DNA from: Deltaproteobacteria bacterium
Lineage (GTDB): Bacteria; Myxococcota; JACRCW01; JAFGSX01
Direction: 5' to 3'
Assembly (NCBI GenBank): GCA_016934455.1
Contig: JAFGSX010000259.1
Span: 1 to 51,142 of the forward strand
Length of the DNA stretch: 51,142 nucleotides
A model generated the notes under the pieces. The model was not told the origin of the DNA. It searched no databases and was given only the letters and a program-made list of their open reading frames with translations. The first letter of the stretch is position 1. Each line of letters opens with the position of its first letter. This document shows, piece after piece, positions 16,601-23,835 of the stretch. The position numbers and the translations under genes are program-made.

Positions 16601-18974
16601 GTTGCACGCCCTGGCCCGATGTGTCCAGGGCGTAGCGGCCCTTCTGGCCCACGCTCAGCTCCTGCTGCACCAGATCGCCGGCCCGGGCCCGGAAAAAGAC
16701 CTCGCCGTCGGCGCGCACGGCCGGCCCCCGGGTCGCCGGCCGCCGGCTCAGCAGAACGGATGCGCGGCCCCTGCTCTGGCCGACCGTCTTGGCGGTGGCC
16801 AGGTAGCGGCCGGGCCGCAGGTAGCCGGCGAGCAGACAGTTGCGACCGCGGCCGCCGCTGCGGTCTCTAGCGAGCTGCGGCGCCACCGGCGTGCGCAGCC
16901 GGCACTCGGTCGCCAGCAGCCCCTCGGTCGTCAGGTGATAGAGGCCGGCCTCGGCCACGTCGAACAGCAGCGAGTGCGACTCGGAGCGGTCGAAATCGAG
17001 ATAGATCGGCTTGCCGACGCCGATGGCCGGGATCGGGGCGAACCTGGGCGCGTAGCTGGCCAGCACCGGCGCCGGAGGTCGCGGCCGGGGCCGGCCGACC
17101 ACGGCGGTGACCCCGTCGACGCTGCGGTTGGTCAGGATCAGCTCGTCGCCGCTGGCCAGCGCCGGCAGCGCGCAGACGCCGTCTCTGCCGGCCACCGGAG
17201 CCCCGCTGCGCAGCGCGCAGGTCAGCGCACCGACCCCGCGCACCAGCCCGGCGCGTCCCGCCGCCGACGGCAACCGGACCTCGCTCTGGCCGTCGACGGT
17301 GATCGGCAGCGGCGTGTCCAGCGTCAGCGGCAGCGGCCGCAGCACCAGGCCCCGCGCCTGCACCTCGCCCAGCCGGTTGGTGCGAATGCGGTAGCGAACG
17401 CCGGCGGCGAGCGCGACGTCGGAGAAGCGGCAACCGCTCTTGCCGGGCGTCGGCTGGATCTCGGGTGGCTGGTCCGATTTCTTGGTGTTGGTGAATCGAT
17501 CGATCACCGACTTGAGCAGGCCGCCCTCCCGGTCGATGACCAGCTTCTCGATGCCGGCTTGGCCGCCATAGAAATTGAGCTGGTACTGCCCCGGACCGAG
17601 CCGGAGCTTGAGGTCGCAGCGCTTGGCCTTGGGGTCGCTCTTGGTCAGCCGATGGTCGCCCTGGTACAGCTCGCATATCGCCCGGGTCTCGCCGGAGGAG
17701 GCGATGCGGTACTCGCCCGACTCGAGCAGCTCGAACCACAGCGTGTAGCCCTGCTCGCGCAGGTTGAACTGCCGCGAGAACGGGTGCTTGCCGTCGATGC
17801 GCAGCGCGTCGACGGCCATCCGCTGCCACTGCCGGTCGGGCTGCCGCCGCTCGAGCGCGCAGCCGAGCGGCGGCGCATCGAAATCGGTCGGCACGTCGTG
17901 CAGCCCGATCAGGTAGCGCCCGGCCGCCGGCGCCTGGAACTCGAGATCGCCCTGCGTCAGATACTCGCCGTCGGCGAGCAGCCCCTTGGGTCTGGGCGCC
18001 CACTGGAGCTGGCCGCCGGTGCCGGGCTCGCCGGTGACGACCAGCAGGTGGCGTTTCTTTCCGCTCGCCGAGGTGGCGCACGCCGGCGCCACCGCCTTGG
18101 CCGCGACGCTGCAGCTTCCGCCGCGGCCGCCGGTCGCGCCACCCGCCGAGTCCAGCTCCCAGAACTCGAGCGACGTCGCCGCGGCCGGCGCCTGGTCGAG
18201 GCTGAGCGTCGCGAAGTGGGGCCCGGCGCCGATCTCGATCCACAGCCTGCCCCACGCCGGCAGCGCGAAGTCCAGCGTGCGCTCGGCGGGCGCCAGCGCG
18301 AAACCGTTGGCGACGTAGAGCGCGTCGTCCTCGCTGCCGCGCGTCCACCGCTGCGGCCGGGCGCCGTAGGCCACCAGCAGGTAGTCGCCGGCCTCGAGCC
18401 TGCCGCGCAGGTGCCAGAGCCATATCGGTTGCCCCGGCCGCGGGGCCAACTGCTCGCTGGCGGCCTCGATCTCCTCGACCCACTGGCCGTTGCGCCACAG
18501 CCGCACCAGCCCGGCGCTGCGGCCGGCCACGATCAGATCGACGCGGCGCGGCTTGTCATTGTGAATCCAGTGCGAGACCTGCTGGCCGGGCGCGAGCCTC
18601 AGCTCGGCCGACTGCCGCTCGTCGAGCCGCACGCCGCCGGGGTTGAGCTCGGCAAACGGCGCGACCGCGAGCGCCACCTGGCCCTTGCCCTTGACCGGCG
18701 ATCGCAGGCGCAGTTTGTAGCTGCCGCTGTCGAGCAGCAGATCGAGCTCGCAGTTGCTGGTACCGGACGCGCCGCTGCTGTCGAACGGTCCGCGCAGGTG
18801 GTCGACGATCTCGCACGCCGTGCCCGAGTCGCTGCGGGCGCTCAGGTGATACATGCCGGCGGCGTCGATGGTGAGGATCGCCTCCTGCTGGCCCCGGGCC
18901 GGCACCGTCGCCGGTTTGACGGCAAGGCCGGGGACGGCACACAGCAGAGCGAGCGCAGCGACAGTGAGCGACAT
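13608..18974 (-). CDS. 1788-aa secreted multi-repeat protein (two-Cys, PPC-like beta-sandwich modules); function unknown
   Basis: GGGGAG-N5-ATG at 18974. The signal is MSLTVAALALLCAVPGLA. A repeated AG.Y.L ... C.L ... C.L..L..G.Y.L module recurs. An acidic low-complexity insert lies mid-protein. The stop is fused to the A2M start (ATGA). Confidence 0.85.
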   Translation of the reverse strand: MSLTVAALALLCAVPGLAVKPATVPARGQQEAILTIDAAGMYHLSARSDSGTACEIVDHLRGPFDSSGASGTSNCELDLLLDSGSYKLRLRSPVKGKGQVALAVAPFAELNPGGVRLDERQSAELRLAPGQQVSHWIHNDKPRRVDLIVAGRSAGLVRLWRNGQWVEEIEAASEQLAPRPGQPIWLWHLRGRLEAGDYLLVAYGARPQRWTRGSEDDALYVANGFALAPAERTLDFALPAWGRLWIEIGAGPHFATLSLDQAPAAATSLEFWELDSAGGATGGRGGSCSVAAKAVAPACATSASGKKRHLLVVTGEPGTGGQLQWAPRPKGLLADGEYLTQGDLEFQAPAAGRYLIGLHDVPTDFDAPPLGCALERRQPDRQWQRMAVDALRIDGKHPFSRQFNLREQGYTLWFELLESGEYRIASSGETRAICELYQGDHRLTKSDPKAKRCDLKLRLGPGQYQLNFYGGQAGIEKLVIDREGGLLKSVIDRFTNTKKSDQPPEIQPTPGKSGCRFSDVALAAGVRYRIRTNRLGEVQARGLVLRPLPLTLDTPLPITVDGQSEVRLPSAAGRAGLVRGVGALTCALRSGAPVAGRDGVCALPALASGDELILTNRSVDGVTAVVGRPRPRPPAPVLASYAPRFAPIPAIGVGKPIYLDFDRSESHSLLFDVAEAGLYHLTTEGLLATECRLRTPVAPQLARDRSGGRGRNCLLAGYLRPGRYLATAKTVGQSRGRASVLLSRRPATRGPAVRADGEVFFRARAGDLVQQELSVGQKGRYALDTSGQGVQLQCRLDDRDGWPLVAVPTPCRASHELARGRYRWSQLPLTVESMRRTEIRRVRPALVLRGNKRRHAIDVNTWYDAELGRDGRDEFQFTLSADLPVRVALTNGMQGRLYRVDGDREKLIETVPPAEPPAAGSEEDEEEYEQEYEEEPDEMPVEEGGEDEGYDEGGDGEEEMPDGSGGDVDDEGDGALSDGETPDPAYQPPPAAARRKPSGDDNLAVDLKAGRYRLVTEHCRGDVAIAYRLRVVSEVLAPGLQQELPVPGSATVRMPAAGMLHLATRGQTDVRCRLFAAGGALLAESADYGADWNCRLVEPLPAGDYRLVFEAQNQRSGSTRVKVVAPPDRRLDRLVDGAKLKTANQALVVPLPAVEGDAVQELHFRSKSAFSCALERGDGTVLQREDSVRHCQLLVHAAGQPFNVRLWTKGRWAELTASHQARPIGKLHGRTVAAGRAGRVDIARPGRYRTAANVWCRPAAEPGLLSPCGPSAPLEAGALVVSTVGQRDELRLDLDEMVIELSADDNPAVREQLGQRRLIERQRSGQPGLHLVAVRVPFGEAAAPACRLEGGVAEQQPHACFAASGATRESLLRLWAATDKPLPATVTRIAALIPERAATLAPGKSEATWSGQVGRFALPDAPFQLEATLPPQTWAVQLDRAGAAIDFCPPGEALSRCLLAGQGGELLLRGGDGSRLQARLLLVDAAPPQVVLRGLYEALPLQHGQLRLRVPPAAGARLVEVDGEVRCTITRDDGSRSGGCRGAIPARQGAEVVINHPPGPLRAVVFAPGQPNVARWSKLLPRKLPPPLGEARAIPIKPGVNDFTVEIRQRSLLDVRADSGVGALFDGTRLLKLDGLGGACTLQRLLEPGRYRVMLRPFAGAPATGSVSWTAEPVPALADGVGAEQWIAPGAARYFSFRTTSAGRVGLGLQVDADRLECTVLDVNHRLLGHGCQQFLELPAGNYLLAVRAPPELAPQRFRPVLLGLKGSQRDVPEEYLRDFFQRIGATP

Positions 18975-19079
18975 GGGACTCCCCGCGTGAATACACAGCC
19001 GGGCATCACCTTAGCGTGCTATGGGAATCGGAAAAAGGCGCGCGCCCCGAGCCGCCGCCGTCGGCGATCTGCGGCCAGC

Positions 19080-20054
19080 TCACGGTCTCGCCGACGTCTG
19101 CGGCCAGGTTCGGTTCTCGAACTCCAGGTCTTCCTGCTCCCGGTTGGTGTAGACGTCGAACCTCTTGGTCAAAGCGAATCCCTGCTGCGCCAGATAGTCG
19201 ATGAATTCCTGCTCGGTGCCGGGCCGCTCCGCGCCCTCCCCCTCGTAGGCCGGCTTGAGCAGGACCTCCACCTGCACGGTCTTGATCCGGCGGAGCGCGG
19301 GACCGGCCGACTTGACGACCTGCAGGTCGCGACCCTGGGTATCGACCTTGAGAAACTCGATCGGCAGCGACTCCGGGATGGCCGCCAGTATGCGTTCGAG
19401 CCGCAGCGCGAAGACGCGCCGGATCTCGAGCGTCTGCTGCAACCGACCAGCCCACGAATCGTCGCGCGACTTGGCGAGCGAGCTGGTGGCGTCGTAGGCA
19501 TTGACGTTGAAGTGCTTGACCCCCTCGCTGTGGTCGATGGCGACCGGAAACGCGATCAGCCGCGGATCGTCGGGCCAGGTCTGCCACGCCTCGCGCAGCG
19601 GATCGATCGCGATCAGCCCGAGCTCGGCGTGCTGCTCCAGCTCGGTCCGCGTCCGCTCCAGCTTGTAGGCACCGACGTCTATCCAGATGCGCTTGACCGT
19701 CGTCGGAAAGGAGAGCCGGGCCGACTGCGCGAAAATGTTGTTGTGCGAGCCGAAGACCAGGCGCTCGTGGTTGGCCTGGCTCATCAGGTCGGCGGCCGAG
19801 CGCATCGCCATCTCCTCGAACGCCTTTCGCAGCTCCTCGCCGTCGAGCCTGGCGTCGGAGGCGGGCGAATTCTCGCGCCCGGGCGCCTTGCTCGACGACG
19901 GACAGCCGGCCGCGACCAGCAGAAAAAGGATGATCGCTCGACTCTCGCCCGGCCACCTGCTCCGAAAGCACCAACGCCAGCGACCGGTCGTGCATTCCCG
20001 ACAGGAGGCGCCGGCAGCGGTCGAGTTGGCGGCAGCCCCGGCGCGTGCGGACAT
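19080..20054 (-). CDS. FkbM-family methyltransferase-like protein with a lipoprotein-type N-terminus; start uncertain
   Basis: IWIDVGAY.., ..LIAIDP.., ..FPVAIDHSEGVKHFNV..SSL.. and ..IEFLKVDTQGRDLQVV.. fit the FkbM pattern. SRAIILFLLVAAGC precedes it, but no ATG/GTG/TTG lies just upstream. The nearest in-frame Met codons are at 20054, 20069 and 20102. Confidence 0.55.
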   Translation of the reverse strand: MSARAGAAANSTAAGASCRECTTGRWRWCFRSRWPGESRAIILFLLVAAGCPSSSKAPGRENSPASDARLDGEELRKAFEEMAMRSAADLMSQANHERLVFGSHNNIFAQSARLSFPTTVKRIWIDVGAYKLERTRTELEQHAELGLIAIDPLREAWQTWPDDPRLIAFPVAIDHSEGVKHFNVNAYDATSSLAKSRDDSWAGRLQQTLEIRRVFALRLERILAAIPESLPIEFLKVDTQGRDLQVVKSAGPALRRIKTVQVEVLLKPAYEGEGAERPGTEQEFIDYLAQQGFALTKRFDVYTNREQEDLEFENRTWPQTSARP

Positions 20055-20229
20055 CCCATGAATCGGCATGGGGCGAGAGACTAGCGCGCAAGCGGGGTGC
20101 AATGAAAGTGCGATCCGTGATCGCGGGGCCGCCTCGCGCTACTCCCAGCGCGCGTACTCGAGCTGGCTGTTCAACCGCCGCCAGGCGATGTGCCAACGGA
20201 TGAGCGCCTTCGGGACCAGCGCGGACGGT

Positions 20230-21237
20230 TCAGCCCACCGCCGCCGCGTGCAGCCGCTCCCCCAGCCGGTGCAGCAGCGAGCTGTTCTCGACGTTCTGCC
20301 GCCAGTGCTCGGGTATCGCCGCGACGCCGTTGTAGGCCCCGCTGATCGAGCCGGCGATGCAGCCGATGCTGTCCGAGTCGCCGTCGGTGTTGACGGCGGT
20401 CAGCACCGTGGCCCTGAAATCGGTCGGCGCGCGCCAGAAACAATAGAGCGCGCTCGCCACCGCCTCCTCGGCCACCCAGCTCTCGCCCAGCCCCTGCTCC
20501 GAGAGCACCGACGCCGGCGCCCGGTCGAGCATTTGCGGCAGGCGGCGCCAGCAGCGGTCGAAGTCGGCCGAGCGCGGGCCGCACTCGGCCAGCACCGCGT
20601 CGTACATCTCGGCCGGCGAGCTCTTCTCGAGCGCCAGCGCCACCAGCAGCGCCGCGGCGGCCGCCCCCTCGATCCCGGCGTCGTGGCGATGGGTGGGCAG
20701 GCTGCTGGCGCGGGCCAGCTCGAGCAGCCGGGAGCGGTCGCGCCAGCACACCAGGCCGATCGCAGCCACCCGCATGGCGCTGCCGCAGCCCTTGCTGTCG
20801 GCGACTCCAGCCTCGCGCCACGGCACGCCGCGCGCCAGGTTGCGGCAGCCGGTCAGACAGGCGTTGCCGGGCGCGCGGTCGTTGTCGCCGCTGCGGCTCC
20901 AGTCGACGAAACGCCGGGCCATGCGCCGCATCACCGTGTCGACGTCATCGGTCGGTCCGTCGAGCAACGCCTCGGCCACGGCGATGCTCATCTGGGTGTC
21001 GTCGCTGTAGGTCCCGGGCGGGTGGCCGCGGCCGATGATGGCCGGCCGCGCGGGCCAGCGCGGGTCGAGCTGGCCGACGAAGTCGGTCACGCCGTCCGGA
21101 CCAAAGGTGTCGAGGATGGCCTGGCGGCGGCGAAACTCGGTGGCAAAGCCGAGCGCATCGCCGACCGCGAGCCCCACCATCGAGCCGACGAAGGCGTCGA
21201 CCGGCACCGGGGCAGCGGGTTGTCGTGGTGCGGTCAA
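20230..21237 (-). CDS. ADP-ribosylglycohydrolase (ARH/DraG family)
   Basis: GLAVGDALGFATEF.., GTYSDDTQMSIAVAEAL.. and DSDSIGCIAGSISGAYNG..IP..W are family hallmarks. The start may be TTG 21237 or GTG 21210. Confidence 0.85.
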   Translation of the reverse strand: MTAPRQPAAPVPVDAFVGSMVGLAVGDALGFATEFRRRQAILDTFGPDGVTDFVGQLDPRWPARPAIIGRGHPPGTYSDDTQMSIAVAEALLDGPTDDVDTVMRRMARRFVDWSRSGDNDRAPGNACLTGCRNLARGVPWREAGVADSKGCGSAMRVAAIGLVCWRDRSRLLELARASSLPTHRHDAGIEGAAAAALLVALALEKSSPAEMYDAVLAECGPRSADFDRCWRRLPQMLDRAPASVLSEQGLGESWVAEEAVASALYCFWRAPTDFRATVLTAVNTDGDSDSIGCIAGSISGAYNGVAAIPEHWRQNVENSSLLHRLGERLHAAAVG

Positions 21238-21257
21238 AAGCTCGACGCGGCCGACGT

Positions 21258-21359
21258 TCAGCTCTTGGCGGCCTTCTTGGCGGCCTTCTTGGCCTTCTTC
21301 TCCTTGGTCGAGAGCTTGGGTTTGTTGGTCTTGGGGGGGCGCAACTGTCCCTTGGCCAT
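21258..21359 (-). CDS. 33-aa Lys/Ala-rich basic microprotein (MAKGQLRPPKTNKPKLSTKEKKAKKAAKKAAKS)
   Basis: GGAGG-N4-ATG at 21359. The stop lies 20 nt upstream of the ARH ORF. The codons have a GC-rich third position, like the neighbouring genes. Confidence 0.55.
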   Translation of the reverse strand: MAKGQLRPPKTNKPKLSTKEKKAKKAAKKAAKS

Positions 21360-21362
21360 GAC

Positions 21363-21389
21363 ATCCTCCGGGGGTAATTTATGGAGGAT
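21363..21389 (-). promoter_or_regulatory. SD-sequestering hairpin: AUCCUCC, 13-nt loop, GGAGGAU
   Basis: A perfect 7-bp inverted repeat read from the sequence. The 3' arm contains the microprotein Shine-Dalgarno, 3 nt before the ATG. Confidence 0.4.
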
Positions 21390-21409
21390 TCTTACAACAC
21401 CTGACGTCG

Positions 21410-22213
21410 TCAGCGCAATACCTGCGAGCCGGCAACCGCCTCCTCGAACGGCGCTGCGGCCATGCCGTCGCGCCACGCCTGGTAGCACGAGCAGAGCCGA
21501 ACCTCGGCCTCGTCCCGCGCCGACGCCTCCTCGATCACCAGCCGCCCGTCGACCACACCGAGCAGGTAGCCTCGCGGCCAGAGCCGGTTGTCGGCGCGCC
21601 GGGCGGTGAAGAAGACCTGGTGGTCGATACCGGCGGCTGGACCGAGATCGCGACCGACCAGGAGCGGGTCGCGCAGGCCTTCGTTCTCGAGCGCGAGCAG
21701 GGTCAGGTCGTAGCGCGCGGTCTCGCCGCCCGGCGTCACAAGCTGCAGACCGGCGGGCGCTCCGTAGGCGGTCCCCCGGCTGAGGACGACGAATCCGACC
21801 TCGGCGCGGGCGGCGATCCGCCACACGCGCACGCCGTGCACGCAGGCGTGGTGCGTCGGCGCGATCGGCTGGCCGCGCCAGAATCTGCCATCGACGAAGA
21901 TCAACAGCCGGTCCAACTGGTCGCCGGTGAGCGCGAAGTAGCCGCGGCCGTCGCGGCCGCTCTCGATGTAGGATTCGAGCGGGTTGTTCAGGTTGGTGAC
22001 GCCGGCCGCGCGCAGGCGATGAAAAGCGTCGACCAGCGGTGTGCCGGGTGCCAGCTCTACCGCGTCTATGGCGATCGCGGACCCGACCGGATCGAGCGGC
22101 CGCGCCACTGTCCCGGGCGCGCAGGCGAGCGCGATACAGGGCGCGGCGAGCAGCGACCGCGCGAACAAGCGCGACAGCGAGGATCGGGCGCGACGCCGGC
22201 GGCAAGTGGCCAT
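21410..22213 (-). CDS. Putative lipoprotein, function unknown
   Basis: A 267-aa ORF. MATCRRRRARSSLSRLFARSLLAAPCIALAC gives a signal with a lipobox-like Cys. I recognise no family motif. Confidence 0.6.
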   Translation of the reverse strand: MATCRRRRARSSLSRLFARSLLAAPCIALACAPGTVARPLDPVGSAIAIDAVELAPGTPLVDAFHRLRAAGVTNLNNPLESYIESGRDGRGYFALTGDQLDRLLIFVDGRFWRGQPIAPTHHACVHGVRVWRIAARAEVGFVVLSRGTAYGAPAGLQLVTPGGETARYDLTLLALENEGLRDPLLVGRDLGPAAGIDHQVFFTARRADNRLWPRGYLLGVVDGRLVIEEASARDEAEVRLCSCYQAWRDGMAAAPFEEAVAGSQVLR

Positions 22214-22284
22214 ACAGGGATTGGTGGCGACACGCCGGTCATGCGTTCATGCCGATGGGGCGGATCGGTCGGTGCGGTCAGCGT

Positions 22285-22515
22285 CGGCCGGCCTCCCCGA
22301 CGACGCGGATTACTTCGTCAGCTACGGCGATCCCGCGGCTGGACCGGCTCCGGCCGACCGCAACCGTGTCTATCTGTTCTTCGACGACTTCGAGGCCGGC
22401 AGCCTCGCGCGCTGGCGATAGCGACCGCTGGTGGGTAGACGACTTCAGGGTGCGGCGCTACCTCGATCCCGAGCCGACGGTGAGCCTGGGGGCGGAGCGC
22501 GAGTGGTGTCCGTGA
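22285..22515 (+). pseudogene. Remnant of a DUF2341/LamG-type gene (internal deletion plus frameshift)
   Basis: One frame reads ..DADYFVSYGDPAAGPAPADRNRVYLFFDDFEAGSLARWR*. Another frame reads ..DRWWVDDFRVRRYLDPEPTVSLGAERE... These correspond to the start and the end of a LamG domain (compare LDEVRLSS.. in the intact gene 29922..31655), with almost nothing between them. Confidence 0.5.
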
Positions 22516-22591
22516 CCGCCCCGCCTGCGCACAGCGGGATCACCTTCTTCCTCTCTTTGACTATTTTGCAGTAGCACTATAAATTAGTCGA

Positions 22592-23821
22592 ATGTACAAG
22601 AGCCGCTATCTGGAACCCCGGATCTTGAGGCTGTCGCGCTCGTTCCCGATCGTGCTGCTGACCGGCGCCCGCCAGGTCGGCAAGACGACTCTGCTCGACC
22701 ACCTGGGCGGCGAGCGCGGGCGCGCCCGGCGCCGCTACGTCAGCCTCGACGAGTTCGAACTGCGGTCGCTGGCCCGAAACGACCCGGGGCTGTTTCTGCA
22801 GCACCATCCCCCGCCGCTGACCATCGACGAGATCCAGTACGCGCCGCAGCTCTTGCCCTACCTCAAGGTGCGGGTCGATCGCAGCGGACGCATGGGAGAA
22901 TACTGGCTCACCGGGTCACAGCACTTCCATCTGATGCGCGATGTCTCGGAGTCTCTGGCGGGCCGGGTCGGAGTGCTGCGACTGCTCGGATTGTCGCAGG
23001 CCGAGGAGGATTCGGTTCCCGCCGCGGCCCGGCCCTGGAGCCCGGCCCTCGCGAGGTCGGGCCAGGCGCGCGCCGCGGCGACGGTGCGGCAGATCTTCTC
23101 CCGGATCGTGCGCGGCTCGTTCCCCAGGCTCGTGCACCGCAACGCGCCGCCGTTGGACGCCTTCTACGGCTCCTACGTCCAGACGTACATCGACCGCGAC
23201 CTGCGGGACCTGGTCCGGGCCGGCTCGCTGTCGAGCTTCGAGCGATTCCTGCGGGTCTGCGCCGCGCGCACCGCGTCGTTGCTCAACCTCTCCGATCTCG
23301 CGCGAGACAGCGACGTCAGCGTGAACACCGCCAAGGAATGGCTGAGTCTGCTCGAGGCCGCCGGGCACGTGTTCCTGCTGCGGCCTTACTATCGAAATCT
23401 CACCAAGCGACTGACCAAGGCCCCCAAGCTCTATTTCGTCGACACCGGCCTCGCCTGCTACCTGACGGGCTGGCGCAACGCCGACGTCGCAGCGCGCGGC
23501 GCCGCTGCCGGAGCGCTCTTCGAAACGTATGTCGTGGCCGAGATCATCAAGAGCTACTGGCACCGGGGCTGCGAGCCGCCCATCTTCTTCTTTCGGACCA
23601 AGGAAAAGGTCGAGATCGACGTCGTGCTCGAAGCCAACGGCAGGCTGCTGCCCATCGAGATCAAGCTCGCGTCGCGGGTGCCGGCGGACAGCCTAAAGGG
23701 ATTTGCCGCGCTGCGAAAGACGTCGGCCGCGGTCGGCTGCGGCACCGTCGTCGCCGCGGTGCGCGAGCCCTATGCGTTGAGCGCGGAGGTACACGTGCTG
23801 CCGCCCGCTGCCATCTCCTGA
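22592..23821 (+). CDS. AAA ATPase with DUF4143 domain (COG1373-like), intact
   Basis: A 409-aa ORF. Walker A is LLTGARQVGKTTL. IDEIQYAPQL fits the Walker B region. The tail is typical of the family. An AT-rich patch precedes the ATG. Confidence 0.85.
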   Translation: MYKSRYLEPRILRLSRSFPIVLLTGARQVGKTTLLDHLGGERGRARRRYVSLDEFELRSLARNDPGLFLQHHPPPLTIDEIQYAPQLLPYLKVRVDRSGRMGEYWLTGSQHFHLMRDVSESLAGRVGVLRLLGLSQAEEDSVPAAARPWSPALARSGQARAAATVRQIFSRIVRGSFPRLVHRNAPPLDAFYGSYVQTYIDRDLRDLVRAGSLSSFERFLRVCAARTASLLNLSDLARDSDVSVNTAKEWLSLLEAAGHVFLLRPYYRNLTKRLTKAPKLYFVDTGLACYLTGWRNADVAARGAAAGALFETYVVAEIIKSYWHRGCEPPIFFFRTKEKVEIDVVLEANGRLLPIEIKLASRVPADSLKGFAALRKTSAAVGCGTVVAAVREPYALSAEVHVLPPAAIS

Positions 23822-23835
23822 GCCGCCGCCCGCGC

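Noticed and set aside
19032-19046. GGCGCGCGCC followed by T5 (minus strand) as an intrinsic terminator between the FkbM-like gene and the giant gene
   Set aside because: The palindrome allows at most a 4-bp stem with a 2-nt loop, which is sterically implausible. I kept it only as a note.
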